From NCBI RefSeq assembly GCF_902713615.1, contig NC_052158.1:30359990-30423989 (forward strand): a stretch of 64,000 nucleotides of DNA, given 5' to 3'. The notes below the pieces were generated by a model, which worked only from the letters and a program-made list of their open reading frames with translations, did not search any database and was not told the origin of the DNA. Shown here piece after piece: positions 10,690-24,155 of the stretch. Numbering within the stretch: position 1 is the first letter of the stretch; every line of letters begins with the position of its first letter. This stretch comes from Scyliorhinus canicula. Taxonomy: Eukaryota. A program made the position numbers and the translations under genes.

Positions 10690-13600
10690 TGAACTCCATG
10701 ATACACTTTGAGTTTTGCTTAACACCGGCCTATAACAAACTGGGGCCTCGAGCGGGATAAAAGTCTATCTATTGGATTGGCTTAGTGAACGTAAAGTTAG
10801 TGAGGGGTAGCATATTGTGGTTGCTTTCCAGGTGTAGTATTTTAGTTTAACTGGGGAGTGTGTTGTGGACAATGGCTCTTTCAGAGGCTCTGAAGTTTTT
10901 GGGGGTGGAGACAGTCACACGCAGGACCTTACGGACAGAGACTAAAACCAGACTGTTAGATTTGGCAAAAACATTTCAGTTACCATTACCTGACAAAATG
11001 CGAAAAGATGAGGTAATTATGGCGGTTGCTAAGCATTTAAAGTTGCCTGAGATACAGTCTGACTCATTGGAAATGGCAAAAATTCAGTTACAAATTAAAC
11101 AAATGGAACATGAGAAAGAAATAAAGCAGCTTGAATACGAAAGAGATAAAGAGGAAACAGAATGAGAAAGAGAGATACAGATCAGGGGAGAAGATAAAGA
11201 AAGAAGTTTGTACTTCAGGAAATGGCTATGAAACATGACAGTCAGTTAAAATTGGCAGGCGTAAAGAGAAACATACAGCTGAATGGTAGTGATGAGGATA
11301 GTTAGAATGAGCGTCATAGTTGAAAGCTTGGTTGGGATCTATTTAATATATCCAAGCATTGCCTAGGTTTGATGAGAAGGAGGTAGAAGCCTTTTTCATT
11401 TCATTTGAGAAGGTAGCTAAACAAATAAAATAGCCACAGGACATGTGGGTATTACTTATTCAAACAGGTTTGGCAGGTAGGGGTAGTGACGTGTTTGAAT
11501 CACTACCAGAGAAGCTATCTGGGACGTATAAGCAGGTGAAAAAAATCCATCTTAGGTGCATATGAACTAGTGCCTGAAGCCTACAGACAAATGTTTAGCA
11601 ATTTAATGAAATATTTTGGTCAAACATACATGGAGTTTGAAAGGATCAAACAGAGTAATTCTGATAGGTGTATAAGGGCTTTGAAATTAGACCAAACATA
11701 TGAAGCTCTCAGAGAAATTATACTTTTGGTGGAGTTTAAAAATTAAATTCTTGATGTAATGAGAACTCATGTGGAAGAGCAGAGGGTTAAAACTGCGAGA
11801 TTAGCAGCAGAAATGCCAGATGATTATGAATTAGTTCATAAATCAAAGCTTGGTTTCCGACATCAGTTTCAGCCTGTGAGGGAGACATGAGAAATACTCA
11901 AGTGGTAAAGGCAAAGGTGATCTGATGGGAGATAATAAGGAGAGTGTAACTCAGACTAAAAAAAAATCCAGGACGGTGGAAAATAAATGAAAAATGTCAA
12001 AACTTTTCACTATAATAAACTAGGCCATCTAAAGTCACAGTGTTGGTGGTTGAAGAAAAGCACTGGGAAGGCTGATGTAGTAAACAGTAGAAGACAGTGC
12101 GGTTTCTTAAAGTGGTAAAGGAAAGCCCAAGTGAAGCGAAGGAGATGCAATGATTGTACAGCTTGATCAAGAGGTGATAGACAAGAAGGTGCCAGATCTC
12201 TTCAAAGAACTTACTTGTGTTGGTAAAGTTTACTCATGTGTATCAGGAGGAGCAGGTAAAGAAGTCACAATTTTAAGCTTTAATGGTAAGAGATGAGGAG
12301 TTATGTAGTTTGGGAAAATTTTTGCCAGAAATGATGGTAATATGTAGAATTCAGGGTGAGAGGAATAGTGTTCCGTTATATAAGGTAAGGTTGGAAATTT
12401 CGGTGTGGAATGGTGAAGTTGTAATAGGGGTAATAGAGAAACTATCTTATCGAGGAATACAGTTTATCCCTGGTAATAATATAGCTGGATCGTAGGTGGG
12501 AATGATGCCTCCACTGGTTGATAAGCCAGTGGAAAATCAGACAACTGAAGTGTTGAAGGACGAATATCCTGTGATTTATCCGGAATGTGTAGTAACAAGC
12601 TCACAACGTCACAGGTTAAGACAAGAGAAAACAAAGAGTGAAGATCACGTTGAAGTGCAATTATCAGAAACGACTTTTGATCAGATGGTTGAAAAAGAAC
12701 AAGAACAGGTGGAGGATGAGGCGGATATTTGTAGTTCAGGAAAATTGGCGGAGTTACAACAGTAGGATATAGAAACAAAACGATATATCAGAGAGTATGG
12801 ATGGAAAAGGAATCTGAGTGTATACCAGAGTGCTATTACCATAGAAGTGATGTCTTAATGAGAAAATGGAGACCTTTACACATGCAGGCGGATGAAAACT
12901 AGACAGAAGTTCATCAAGTAGTATTGCCGGTAGGGTATAGAAAGGAGGTGTTGCGAGTTGCACATGAGATACCAGTGGGAGGTCATTTGGTATAAGGAAA
13001 ACTCAAGCTGAAATACAAAAATATTCTTATTGGCCTGGACTACATAAAGATGTTGTTAAATTTTGTCAATCATGTCACACATGTCAAGTGATAGGGAAGC
13101 ATCAAGCAGTGATAAAGCCAGCGCTCTTAATACCCATTCCAGCATTTGAGGAACCCTTTCCAAGAGACCTAATTGATTGCATAGGACCGCTTTCTAAGAT
13201 GAAAAGTAAAAATCAATATCGTTTGACTATAATGTATGTGTCTGCTAGGTTTCCGGAGGCCATTCCAGTACGTAATATTACAGCAAAAAATATTGTGGAG
13301 GCGTTACTTAAATACCTTACTGGATATGGAGTACCCACAGAAATACAATCGGATCAGGGATCAACCTTTACCTCAAGGTTATTCAAAGAAGATATGGATA
13401 GCTTAGGAAAAAACAATTTAAATCAACTGCGTACCATCCAGAATCGCAGAGAGCGCGAGAAAGGTGGCATGAGACATTAAAGACAATGTTGAGGGCTTAT
13501 TGTCAAGATTATCCAGAGGATTGGGAAAAAGGAATGCCATTCGTACTGCATGCAATTAGGGATGTACCAAATGAGTGAACCAAATTCAGTCCTTTTGAAC

Positions 13601-16030
13601 TAAGTTTTGGTCATGAGGTAAGAAGACCACACAAATTGATTGAGGAAAAATTGGTGAATGAGAAATCGGAAAATACATTATTGGATTATGTGTCAAATTT
13701 TAGGGAACGATTAAACAGAGCAGGTGAATTGGCTAGACAGCATTTAAAAGTTGTGAAAAATGTGATGAAACGGGTCGCGGACAAGAAATCCAATGTTTGT
13801 CGTTTTGCCAGTGGAGATAAAGTTTTAATATTGTTACCAGTGGTAGGTGAACCTTTAAAAGCAAGGTTTTGTGGACTTCCTCAGATTGAAGGGAAATTAA
13901 GTGAGGTGAATTATGTGGTAACAACACCAGATAGAAGGACGGCTCACCGAGTGTGCCATGTGTATATGCTTGAAAGGTACTTTGAAAGGGAAGGAGAGAA
14001 AAAGGAAGAGGTGTTAATGATTCTAACTCAAAGTGACGAACCAAATCCAGATGATGGTGAGTTTGACATTCCTGAAATTAAATTGGAAATGGAGGAAGTT
14101 CTTAAAAATTGGGATAAATTGTTGAGTTACCTTCTAGAGGACAAACGAACTGACCTGGAAGAGTTATCGATATCACATGGCCAAGTTTGTGGAGTTAACT
14201 GGAAAGTACTAAATGGCTATACATGATGTAGATGTGGGAAATGCTGTTCCAAACAAACAACATCCATATACACTTAACCCTTTTAAATTGGCACAGGTTA
14301 ACGAAGAGATTGAGTATGCTTACAAATGGCATAATTGAAGTGGGTTGCAGTCAATGGAGCTCACCCATAGTGATGGTACCTAAAGCAGACGGTACCCATC
14401 GGTTGTGTGTGGCCTATATAAAGGTTAATGCAGTTACAAGAACGGACTCTAATCCTATCCCACGTTTGGAGGATTGCATTGAGAAAGTGGGACATTCAGC
14501 TTTTATTTCCAAATTGGATTTAGTTAAAGGTTACAGGCAGGTCCCTTTATCCGACAGGACGAGGGAGATTTCAGCTTTTGTGACTCCAGATGGTATATAC
14601 CAATTCAAAGTTATGCCATTTGGCATGAAAAACGCCCCAGCCACATTTCAACGGTTAACTGACAAAGTCGTTTCAGAATTACCCAGTTGTGCGGTATACA
14701 GCGATGATCTGATAATTTTCAGCCAGTCATGGAAAAAACATTTAAAACATCTGATGTAGTTATTCGATCGTCTTCAGGCGGCGGGTTTGGTGATCAACCT
14801 AGCCAAACGTGAATTTGGAAAAACCCAAGTCACTTTCCTTGGGATACAATCGGACAGGGTTGAATGAACACACGGGATGTGAAACCAACAGTTATTGAGG
14901 AGTTTCTGATACCCTCAAGACGAAGGAAAATAATGCAATTTCTTGGCATGAGTGGAGTCGATCGAACATTTGTGAAATCGATTTGTCGCATGGTTGCTCC
15001 ACTGATAGACTTGCTGAAGAAACATCGAAAATGTCAGTGGATAGCAGACTGTCAACAGACATTTGCCTGCCTGAAAGTTGTGATAACCAATGCTCCTGTG
15101 TTGGAGAATTACAAGGGACTCTGTGATCAGAAGAACTAAAGTATCTGACTTTAAAGAGAAATGGACGTATCGTGCAAAGACCTTCTTGTTCAACATAGAC
15201 TCGAGAAGGATTCCAGTTGGAGGAAGTAGAAAGAGAAAAAAGAATTGGACTATATTATTATATCTGTTTGCGTGTATTGTTTTTTGAAACGAAAAAGCAT
15301 ATTTACTGTGTGCATTTCATGAAGGACAGTGAAAAGGTGAAAAATTAAACCATCTTGAAGTTGATGGGGTTTTTTTCTTGGGGGGAGGTGCCTTGTGAGA
15401 GAACCTTTAAGAAATGGGTGTTTATAAATGGGTGTGTATATACATATCTGTAGTGAGCGTACCTTTACGAAATGGGTGTTTATTACTGCAGTGATGTCAG
15501 AGAGTGGGTGGAGCTGGGCTCTCTGTCAGCTTCTTACTTTCGCTTTCGGCTTTTTGCTGCAGGATGGGTTTGTTTTCATTTTAGTTTTGGAGAAGCTGCA
15601 ATCACAGCAGGGTGTGTGTGAAGCTCTGCAAGATTATGAATGTCCATTTGCTGATTTCAACATGGTAACTGTTCACAGTAGCGAAGTTAAACCTGAGGTG
15701 CTTCTGTTGAATGTTTTGTTTTGAAGTCTTGTGGATGTTAAAAGGAAAGCTTAATAGATTACTTAGTGTTGTGGCGGATGTTGTAGTGTTGTAGTCTTTG
15801 GGGGTTGTATTTGAATTAGTGGTTGCTAAGATGTTCACTGTATGTTTTAAAAAGGTTAACTTCAGTTCATAGAATAAACAATGTTTTGCTTTAAAAATTA
15901 CTGTTAGATGTCTGCTGCACCACTCCTGTAGAGTGGGCTGTGTGCTCACCATACCACAGTCTATTAAAAGTTGTGGGTCAGGTGAACTCCATGATACACT
16001 TTGGGGTTCTCTAAACCCTGGCCCATAACA
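10690..16030 (+). mobile_element. Gmr1-type LTR retrotransposon B nested antisense in A (gag-PR-like-IN-RT, no RNase H); defective
   Basis: 5' LTR remnant 10690-10737. PBS TGGGGCCTCGAGCGGGAT at 10741-10758. gag from 10860. Integrase LIDCIGPL..EIQSDQGS at 13088-13600 precedes RT (LDLVKGY..MPFGMKNAPATF..YSDD, 14232-15100). PPT 15380-15388. 3' LTR 15389-16030. Confidence 0.9.
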
Positions 16031-16769
16031 TACCTCATGTGCTGTTCGCAATACCACGTTTCGACACCGTACCAGCCATACCAGCCAGGAGAATGTGCAA
16101 ACTCCACATGGACAGTGACCCAGAGCCGGGATCGAACCTGGGACCTCAGCGCCGTGAGGCGGTTGTGCTAACCACTAGGCCACCGTGCTGCCCCAAAAAT
16201 CGTTTCTGATAATTCAACTTCAACTTTATCTTTACTCTTGTCTTAATCTATTACTTTGGGACCTTGTTACTTCACAATCCGGAAAAATCCCAGTGTATTC
16301 GTCCTTCAATAATTCAGTTGTTTGATTTTCCACTGGCTTATCAACCACAGTAGGTATCACTTCCACCTGCAATCTAGCTATATAATTACCCCAAATAAAC
16401 TGTATTCCTGGATAAGATAGTTTCTCAATTACTCCCACTTCCACTTCACCACTCTTCACTGTTTTTTCCAGCCTTACCTTATATAATGGAACACTACTCT
16501 TCTCACCCTGAATTCCACATATTACCAACTTTCCTGGCAATATTCCTCCCAAACTACATAACTCCTAATCTCTTGCCATTAAGGATTGACTAGCTCCAGT
16601 ATCTCTTACAATTCTGAATTATTTACCTACTTCTCCTGGTACAGATGAGTAAAGTTTACCCATGCACGTAAATCCTTTAAAGATATCTGGCACCTTCTTA
16701 TCAAATCACCATTTGATCAGGCTGTACAATGTTTTGAACCTCCTTCACTTCAATTGAATTAACTCGGTT

Positions 16770-17185
16770 TGTTCACAATGGAATGACCGAGATTGAGGGG
16801 CGACCTGATAGAGGTCTCCAAAATTATGAGGCGCATAGCCAGAGTGGATTGTGAGAGACTTTTTCCCCAGGGTAGAGGGATCAATTACGAGGGGGCATAG
16901 GTTTTAAGGTGAGAGGGGCAAGGTTTAGTGGAGATTTACAAGGCAAGTTTTTTACACAGAGGGTAGTAGGTGCCTGGAATTCGCTGCCGGAGGTTGTGAT
17001 GGAAGCAGGGACGATAGTGACGTTTAAGGGCCATCTTGACAAATACATGAATAGGATGGGAGTCGAGGGATACGGACCCAGGAAGTGTAGAAGATTTTAG
17101 TTTAGATGGGCAGCAGGTCAGCGCAGGCTTGGAGGGCCGTAGCGCCTATTACTGTGTTGTACTTTTCTTTGTTCTTTGTTCACTT
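16770..17185 (+). mobile_element. CR1 LINE 3' fragment inside Gmr1 A
   Basis: GGCGACCTGATAGAGGTC...TTTTTTACACAGAGGGT...(CTTTGTT)n tail, as at 23770-24155. Confidence 0.8.
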
Positions 17186-17495
17186 GGGCTTTCATTCACC
17201 ACTTTAACAAACCCTTATCTTATCCTTATCCTTTTTTCCCAACATAAGCTTTCAAAGTGTTTTTATTCAACCCAACACTGTAACTTGGCATGACCTCGTT
17301 TAATACAGTAACAACATCTGAAAGTTTTCATTTGTCTTCCACCCTGCAGGATTTGTTTAAATCTGAGGTACACTCCCCTTCTTATCTACCATCATATCCC
17401 CTTTACCTTTCCAAGCTGAATATTTCTCCTTTCCACAGTTTCCATCCCGCACAGGCTGAAACTGATGTTCCAAACCAAACTTTGATTAATGTACT

Positions 17496-18427
17496 TGATG
17501 TGTTGGGTACTCTGGATCTGTGGAGACTGCATTTACCTTAGCAGTAACATAGAGAGGCTACCAATACTCGTAATAGTACAACACTATTTTATTTAACTAA
17601 GAGTTGTTGAACATACTTGCACTGTAGGTCGACACTATGTTAGATTGATTGAAGACCTATGCCTAACCTGACCAGCCTATACCAATAGCACATGGTGGAC
17701 GTTTGTGCTACTAGAACATAGAACATAGAACAGTATGAAATGAAATGAAAATCGCTTATTGTCACGAGTAGGCTTCAAATGAAGTTACTGTGAAAAGCCC
17801 CTAGTCGCCACATTCCGGCACCTTTTCGGGGAGGCTGTTACGGGAATCGAACCGTGCTGCTGGCTTGCCTTGGTCTGCTTTCAAAGCCAGCGATTGGCCC
17901 TGTGAGCTAAACAGCCCCTGTTTAGTACAGCACAGAACAGGCCCTTCGGCCCTCGATGTTGTGCCGAGCAATGATCACCCATCCACGTATCCACCCTATA
18001 CCCGTAACCCAACAACCCCCCCTTAACCTTACTTTTTAGGACACTACGGGCAATTTAGCATGGCCAATCCACCTAATCCGCACATCTTTGGACTGTGGGA
18101 GGAAACCGGAGCACCCGGAGGAAACCCACGCACACACGGGAAGGACGTGCAGACTCCGCACAGACAGTGACCCAGCCGGGAATCGAACCTGGGACCCTGG
18201 AGCTGTGAAGCATTTATGCTAACCACCATGCTACCGTACTGACTGGGGGTTCTGTCTGTCTCAGAGGCTGCATCCCGAATGATCGGGAAAACTAGTGCTC
18301 TCTGGTTTTAAAGTGACCGTGCTCTAACTGGTGATTGGCTGCTGTGTTGTGTGTGTTGATTGGTCTTGCAGTGTGTCAGTCAGTGTGTGTCTCTGCACCA
18401 TCATATACTAATGTGTATATTATGACA
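17496..18427 (-). mobile_element. Solo LTR inserted in Gmr1 A gag
   Basis: TG...CA ends, 5-bp TSD GTACT at 17491-17495 and 18428-18432, AATAAA on the minus strand. Confidence 0.8.
17713..18237 (-). mobile_element. V-SINE (HE1-like) whose tail is interrupted by a short CATTT-tailed SINE (17735-17918)
   Basis: Matches the intact V-SINE copies. The (TAGAACA)n tail is split by the ~185-bp SINE. Confidence 0.85.
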
Positions 18428-19593
18428 GTACTAATTCCCCGTTTTAACCCTGTGCTCTTCCACATGAGTTCTCACTACATTAGGAATTGAACTTTTAACC
18501 TCCTCTAAAATTATCATTTCTCTACGAGCTTCATATATTTCGTCTATTTTCAAAGCTCTTATCCACCTATCAAGATTACTCTGCTTGATCCTTTCAAAAT
18601 CTATGTATGTCTGACCAGGTTCTTTCCTTAAATTTCTAAACATTTGCCTGTAGGTTTCAGGCACTAGTTCACATTAACCTAAGATGGATTTTTTCACCTG
18701 CTCATACGTCCGAGATACCTCCTCTGATAGTGATGCAAACAGTTCACTAGCTCTGCCGACCAACTTTGTTTGAATCAGTGATATCCATATGTCCTGTGGT
18801 CATTTAATTTGTTTAGCCACCTTCTCACATGAAATGAAAAAGTCTTCTACATCCTTCTCATCAAACCTTGGCAATGCTTTGGCATACTTAAACAGATCCT
18901 CACAAAGCTTTCGACGATGACGCCCTTGCTCACTATCCTCACCTCTATCCTCAGGCTGTACGTTTGTCTTTACCTCTGCCAATTTTAACTGACTTTCATG
19001 TTTTATGACCAGTTTCTGAAGTTCAAAGTCTGTCTCTTTTTATTTTTCCTCTCTCTCTTGTTACTTTTCTCTGATCTGTAGCTCCATTTCTCTCTCTTTT
19101 TGTTCTGCTAGGGCTATTTGTTCTATTTCCCTTTCCCCGCTCTCTTTTTCTCTTTGTTCTGCAAGGGTTATTCTTTCTTTTCCCCTCATTTCGTATTCAA
19201 GCTGCTTTAATTCTTTTTCATGTTGAAGCTGCTTGATCTGTAATTGAATTCTTGCCACTTCCAATAATTTTCACTCTGTCTCAGGCAATTTTAAATGCTC
19301 AGCTACCGACACAATTAACTGTTCCTTTCGTATTTTGTCAGGCAATGCCAACAATTTTGCTGAAGCAAAAAGCCTTTTTTAGGCTCTGTTTGTATGGTAC
19401 TGCGTGTGCCGTTCTCCACCCCCAAAAACCTCTGAGCCGTTGAAAGAGCCATTGTCTACAACCCACTCCTTATTTAAACTTGAATACAGCACCTGAAAGC
19501 AAACGCAATTACACTCACCCCACACTGTATTTAAGTTCACTAAGCAAACCCAATCATGAAAGATCGTCTTTTATCCCAGACAAGACCCCAATG

Positions 19594-20258
19594 TGTTATG
19601 GGCCAGAGTTTTGAAACTCTGAAGTCTATTACAGGTTTCACCTGATCCATAACTGTTTATTAATTTTGGTTACGATGAGCACAAGAGCCTGCCTTTCCGG
19701 TGTTATTCAAGAGAGGTTTTAGGCGTTTTAATCAAAAAACAAGCTTTATTCTACGAATTTAGTTGACATTTTTATAAACCACACAGGAAGCAATTTTATG
19801 AACTACAAACATAAATGCCCCACACAGCGACAGTAATTTATGTATAACACTTAATGAATCCCCCTTTAATGTTCCAATTTAATAACAAGGTCCAAGCAAA
19901 AAAACAACCCCTTTTTCAAACACAAGGCCCTCTTGCTGATATACGACTTGGTATTAATACTCTTGTTTCCTTTCCAAAACAGCAGGTTTGAATTCCTTCC
20001 AAAAAGCCATTATCTCTTTAAGTTATCAAGCAGTCTGGAAACAGCTTTTAAAATAAAGATAAAGAACCTCTTTTTTCAACCTGTGCAGTACAAAACCAGT
20101 AAAAACACAAACCGAGAGTAAAACGCAGAGATACAGCCAGCTCTCAACTCCAAAACGAAAGTAAAAACTCACAGAGCCACAGCCGAGTTCTATACAATGA
20201 CATCACTGAAGCCATGTGATAAGAGAAAAACATCTCTTGCAGGGACAGTCCCATGACA
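19594..20258 (-). repeat. 5' LTR of Gmr1 element A
   Basis: TGTCATGGG...CCCATAACA, followed by the PBS TGGGGTCTTGTCTGGGAT. Confidence 0.85.
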
Positions 20259-20499
20259 GGCAGTTAGGAATGGGAGATAAATAGTGGCCTTGCCACCGCC
20301 GCCCATTTCGCAGCAAAGTGCATTTTTTTTCACGGGCACCCACAATTTGTTTTATCACAAGGTAATTGCACTATTCCATGTTACTTTAAATCACTTGCCA
20401 ATGCAGGAAGCAAGCTAGGCCCACGGCATGTCTTTCGCATAGTATCATCAAATATGCGGATTTACTCTGCGTTTCCATAGCACCACATTTATTGCATAT

Positions 20500-20980
20500 T
20501 TCCCATAGAATCATAGAGTTATTGGCACAGCAGGAACCCCCTCCACCCAATTCATCAATGTCTGCCATCAAGCATCTACCCATTCAATGCCATTTCCGAG
20601 CACTTGGTCCGCAACATTGTGTGCTGCAACGTTTCAAATGCTCATCTCAATTATTATTTAATGATCTAAGAATTCCAGCTCTACCACCCTTTCAGATCCA
20701 TATTCCCACCACCCTCTGTTTTTCCTCTAATTCCTTCTAAATCTCTTGCCCCTTAACCCCTGGTTACAGACCTTTACACTGAGGGGAACTGTTTAATCTA
20801 ATTCGTCCTACCTAAATCTTTCACAATTTTGTGCAGCTCAATCAGGCTTCCCATGAACCTTATCTGATCTAAATACAACAACCCCTGGTCATCCTCTCCT
20901 CGTAGCTGAAGGGCGCCCACCCAGGAAACATCCTAGTTAATCTGCTTTGCACCCTTTCCAATTTAATAACAGACTTCTGT
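20500..20980 (-). mobile_element. CR1 LINE 3' fragment, degenerate
   Basis: Reverse of KLERVQ.R.TRM.PG...SYEER (ORF 20869-21084). Confidence 0.6.
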
Positions 20981-21021
20981 AGTTTCCAGTACCTGGGTGG
21001 GAGAGGGGAACGTATCGGATA

Positions 21022-21195
21022 GGGACTGTTTAGCACAGGGCTAAATCGCTGGCTTTGAAAGCAGACCAAGCAGGCCAGCAGCACGGTTCAATTCCCATAA
21101 CAGCCTCCCCGAACAAGCGCCGGAATGTGGCGACTAGGGGCTTTTCACAGTAACTTCATTTGAAGCCTACTCGTGACAATAAGCGCTTTTCATTC
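21022..21195 (+). mobile_element. Short tRNA-derived SINE with CATTT tail
   Basis: Same sequence as 17735-17918, 50114-50292 and 59855-60043. Confidence 0.8.
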
Positions 21196-21209
21196 AGCAG
21201 GAGCTTTCG

Positions 21210-22180
21210 GAGGTGGAGGAAACTCCGGTGGAGGAGCTTAAGGGCAAGCAGGCGGATAGCTAGGAGGAGAGATAGAGGCGGGGCTATGGGCCGATGCCCT
21301 AAGCAGGGTTAATTACTCCTCATGCGCCAGACTTAGCCTGATACAATTTAAGGTAGTCTACCGGGCACACGTGACAGCGGCTAGAATGTCTAATTTCTTC
21401 GGGGTTGAGGATACGTGTGCGGGGTGTGCGGGAATCCCAGCAAACCATGTCCACATGTTTTGGGAATGTGCGAAGCTTAGAGGGTTTTGGCAGAATTTTG
21501 CTCAGGCAATATCCACGGTACAAAAACACGGGTGGTGCCGAGTCCGGAGGTAGCGATCTTTGGAGTGTCGGAAGATCAGGGAGTTCAGGGGGCGAAAGAG
21601 GCCGACGTCCAAAGATGTCCAAAGATGTGCGGGTTAGGTGGATTGGCCATGCTAAATTGCCCGTAGTGTCCTAATAAAAGTAAGGTTAAGGGGGGGTGGG
21701 GTTGTTTGGTTACGGGTATAGGGTGGATTTGTGGGTTTGAGTAGGGTGATCATGGCTCGGCACAACATTGAGGGCCGAAGGGCCTGTTCTGTGCTGTACT
21801 GTTCTATGTTCTATGTTCTATGTCTTGGCCTTTGCCTCCCTGGTAGCTCGGAAACGGATCTTGTTAATGTGGAGGGACTCGAAGCCCCCGAGTGTAGAGA
21901 CATGGGTTAGTGACATGGCTGGGTTTCTCAGTCTCGAGAAAATAACGTCCGTTCGCCGACTTTCTCGGGGAAAATTAAAATGTCAGCAGATGCAGTATTC
22001 CAGAGGGGGTGGGGTGGGGGGGGGGGGGGGGGGTCGGGCGGATTGTTGTTGTATGGTTGATCTGTGTGAAGATTGGGCTGGGGGAAAATGTTTATTTTAC
22101 CATATTGATGTCATTGTTTATGTTACTGTTATAAAAAATTTCAAATACCTCAATGAAATATCACTAAAAAAATAAATAAA
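21210..22180 (+). mobile_element. L1/Tx1-like LINE 3' fragment, interrupted by a V-SINE 3' half (21611-21815)
   Basis: C-terminal zinc knuckle CAGCAGIPANHVHMFWEC..L..FW. Resumes as LAFASLVARKRILLMWR...W after the SINE. G-rich 3' UTR and A-rich tail. Confidence 0.75.
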
Positions 22181-22621
22181 TAGCAGACTTCCTATAGTTA
22201 GCGACCAGAACGACACAATACTGTGGCTGTGGATTCACACGCGTTTTATGCAGTTCGATCATACACTTGCAGACTTATATTCTGAGCCTCGGCTAATAAA
22301 GGCAAGTATCCAGTATGTGCATTGAACCACATTATCAACATGTCTTTCTGGCTTCAGGGACAATTGGACATGAACCCAAGACCCCTCTGAGCCTCTATAA
22401 TTCACAGCTTCCTGCTGCTCATTGCATATTCGCTTGCCCTGTTAGTCCTCCGAAAATGCATCACCACACTTTCCAGGGTTAAAGCGCATTTGCCACTGTT
22501 CTGCCCATCTGAACAGCTCGTCTATGCATCTTGCAGTCTTAGGTTTTCCTCCTCGTTATTTACCAGAACACTATTTTTTGTGTGTTATTAACAAAATTAC
22601 CCCCATATTTCCCACAGTGCC

Positions 22622-24155
22622 GCCACATCATGCCGAGGTTATGAATGCAAACAGCAAAGGCCTTGCCAAAAATCTTTGGATCCTCACTGTCTTCAGGTGA
22701 TGTCCCGGAGGACTGGAGAATAGCCAATGTTGTTCCTTTGTTTAAGAGGGGTGGCAAGGATAATCCAGGGAACTACAGGATGGTGAGCCTTAGGTCAGTG
22801 GGAGGGAAATCACTGGAGAGAATTCTTCGAGACAGCATCTACTCCCATTTGGAAGCAAATGGACGTATTAGTGAGAGGCAGCATGGTTTTGTGAAGGGAA
22901 CGTCGTGTCTCACTACCTTGACAGAGTTTTGCGAAGAGGTCACAAAGATGATTGATGCAGGTAGTGCAGTGGATGTTGTCGATATGGACTTCAGTAAGGC
23001 AAGGTCCCTCATGGTAGACTGGTACAAAAGGTGGTCACACAGGATCAGCGGTGAACTGGCTAGGTGGATACAAAACAGGTTAGGTCATAGAAGTCAGAGA
23101 GTAGCAATGGAAAGGTGCTTTACTAATTGGAGGGCTGTGACTAATGGTGTTCCGCAGGGATCAATGCTGGGACCTTTGCTGTTCATAATATATCTAAATT
23201 ATTTGGAGGACAATGTAACTAGTCTGATTAGTAAGTTTACAGACGACACAAAGGTTGGTGGAATTGAGGATAGCGATGAGGACTGTCAGAAGATACAGCA
23301 GGATTTAGATCATTTGGAGACTTGGACGGAGAGATGGCAGATGGAATTTAATCCGGACAAATGTGAGATAATGCATTTTGGAAGGTCTAATGCAGGTAGG
23401 GAATATACAGTGAATGGTAGAACTCTAAAGAGTATTGAAAGTCAGAGAGATCTAGTTGTACAGTTCCACAGGTCACTGAAAGGGGCAACACAGGTGGAGA
23501 AGGTAGTCAAGAAGGCATACGGCATGCTTGCCTTCATTGGCTGGGGCATTGAGTATAACAATTGGCAAGTCATGTTGCAGCTGTATAGAACCTTAGTTAG
23601 ACCACGCTTGGAGTATAGTATTCAATTCTGGTCGCCGCACTACCAGACGGATGTGGAGGCATGAGAGAGGGTGCAGAAGAGATTTACCAAGATGTTGCCA
23701 GGTATGGAGGGCATTAGCCATGAGCAGTGGTTGAATAAACTCGGTTTGCTCTCACTGGAACAACGGAGGTTGAGGGGCGACCTGACAGAGGTCTACAAAA
23801 TTATGAGGGCATAGACCGAGTGGATCGTCAGAGGCTTTTTCCCAGGGAAGAGGGGTCAATTACTAGGGGGCATAGGTTTAAGGTGCGAGCGGCAAGGTGT
23901 AGACGAGATGTACGAGACAATTGTTTTACACAGAGCGTAGTGGGTGCCTGGAACTCGCTGCCGGAGGAGGTGGTGGAAGCAGGGACGATAATGACATTTA
24001 AGGGGCATCTTGATAAATTCATGAATAGGATGGGAATAGAGGGATACGGACCCAGGAAGTGTAGAAGATTGTAGTTTAGTCAGGCAGCATGGCCGGCACT
24101 GGCTTGGAGGACCGAAGGGCCTCTTCCTGAGCTGTATTTTTCTTTGTTCTTTGTT
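22622..24155 (+). mobile_element. CR1 LINE, 5'-truncated, with RT ORF 22645-23664; inserted in an antisense CR1 fragment (~22330-22570 and ~24160-24490)
   Basis: WRIANVVPLFK, NGVPQGSMLGP, KFTDDTK motifs. Tail TTTGTTCTTTGTTC. Confidence 0.92.

Larger units (their letters stand above)
9902..20258 (-). mobile_element. Gmr1-type Gypsy LTR retrotransposon A (outer element); pol deleted, carries nested insertions
   Basis: LTRs at 19594-20258 and 9902-10603. 5-bp TSD GGCAG at 9897-9901 and 20259-20263. PBS 19573-19590 (15/18 to tRNA-Pro). PPT GGTGGGAGA at 10604-10612. gag fragments 18430-19450, 17190-17490 and 16196-16760. Confidence 0.9.

Noticed and set aside
9902-16030. DIRS-like or TIR element with long inverted termini
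   Set aside because: Explained by two nested Gmr1 elements. The TSD GGCAG pairs 9902 with 20258, not 16030.
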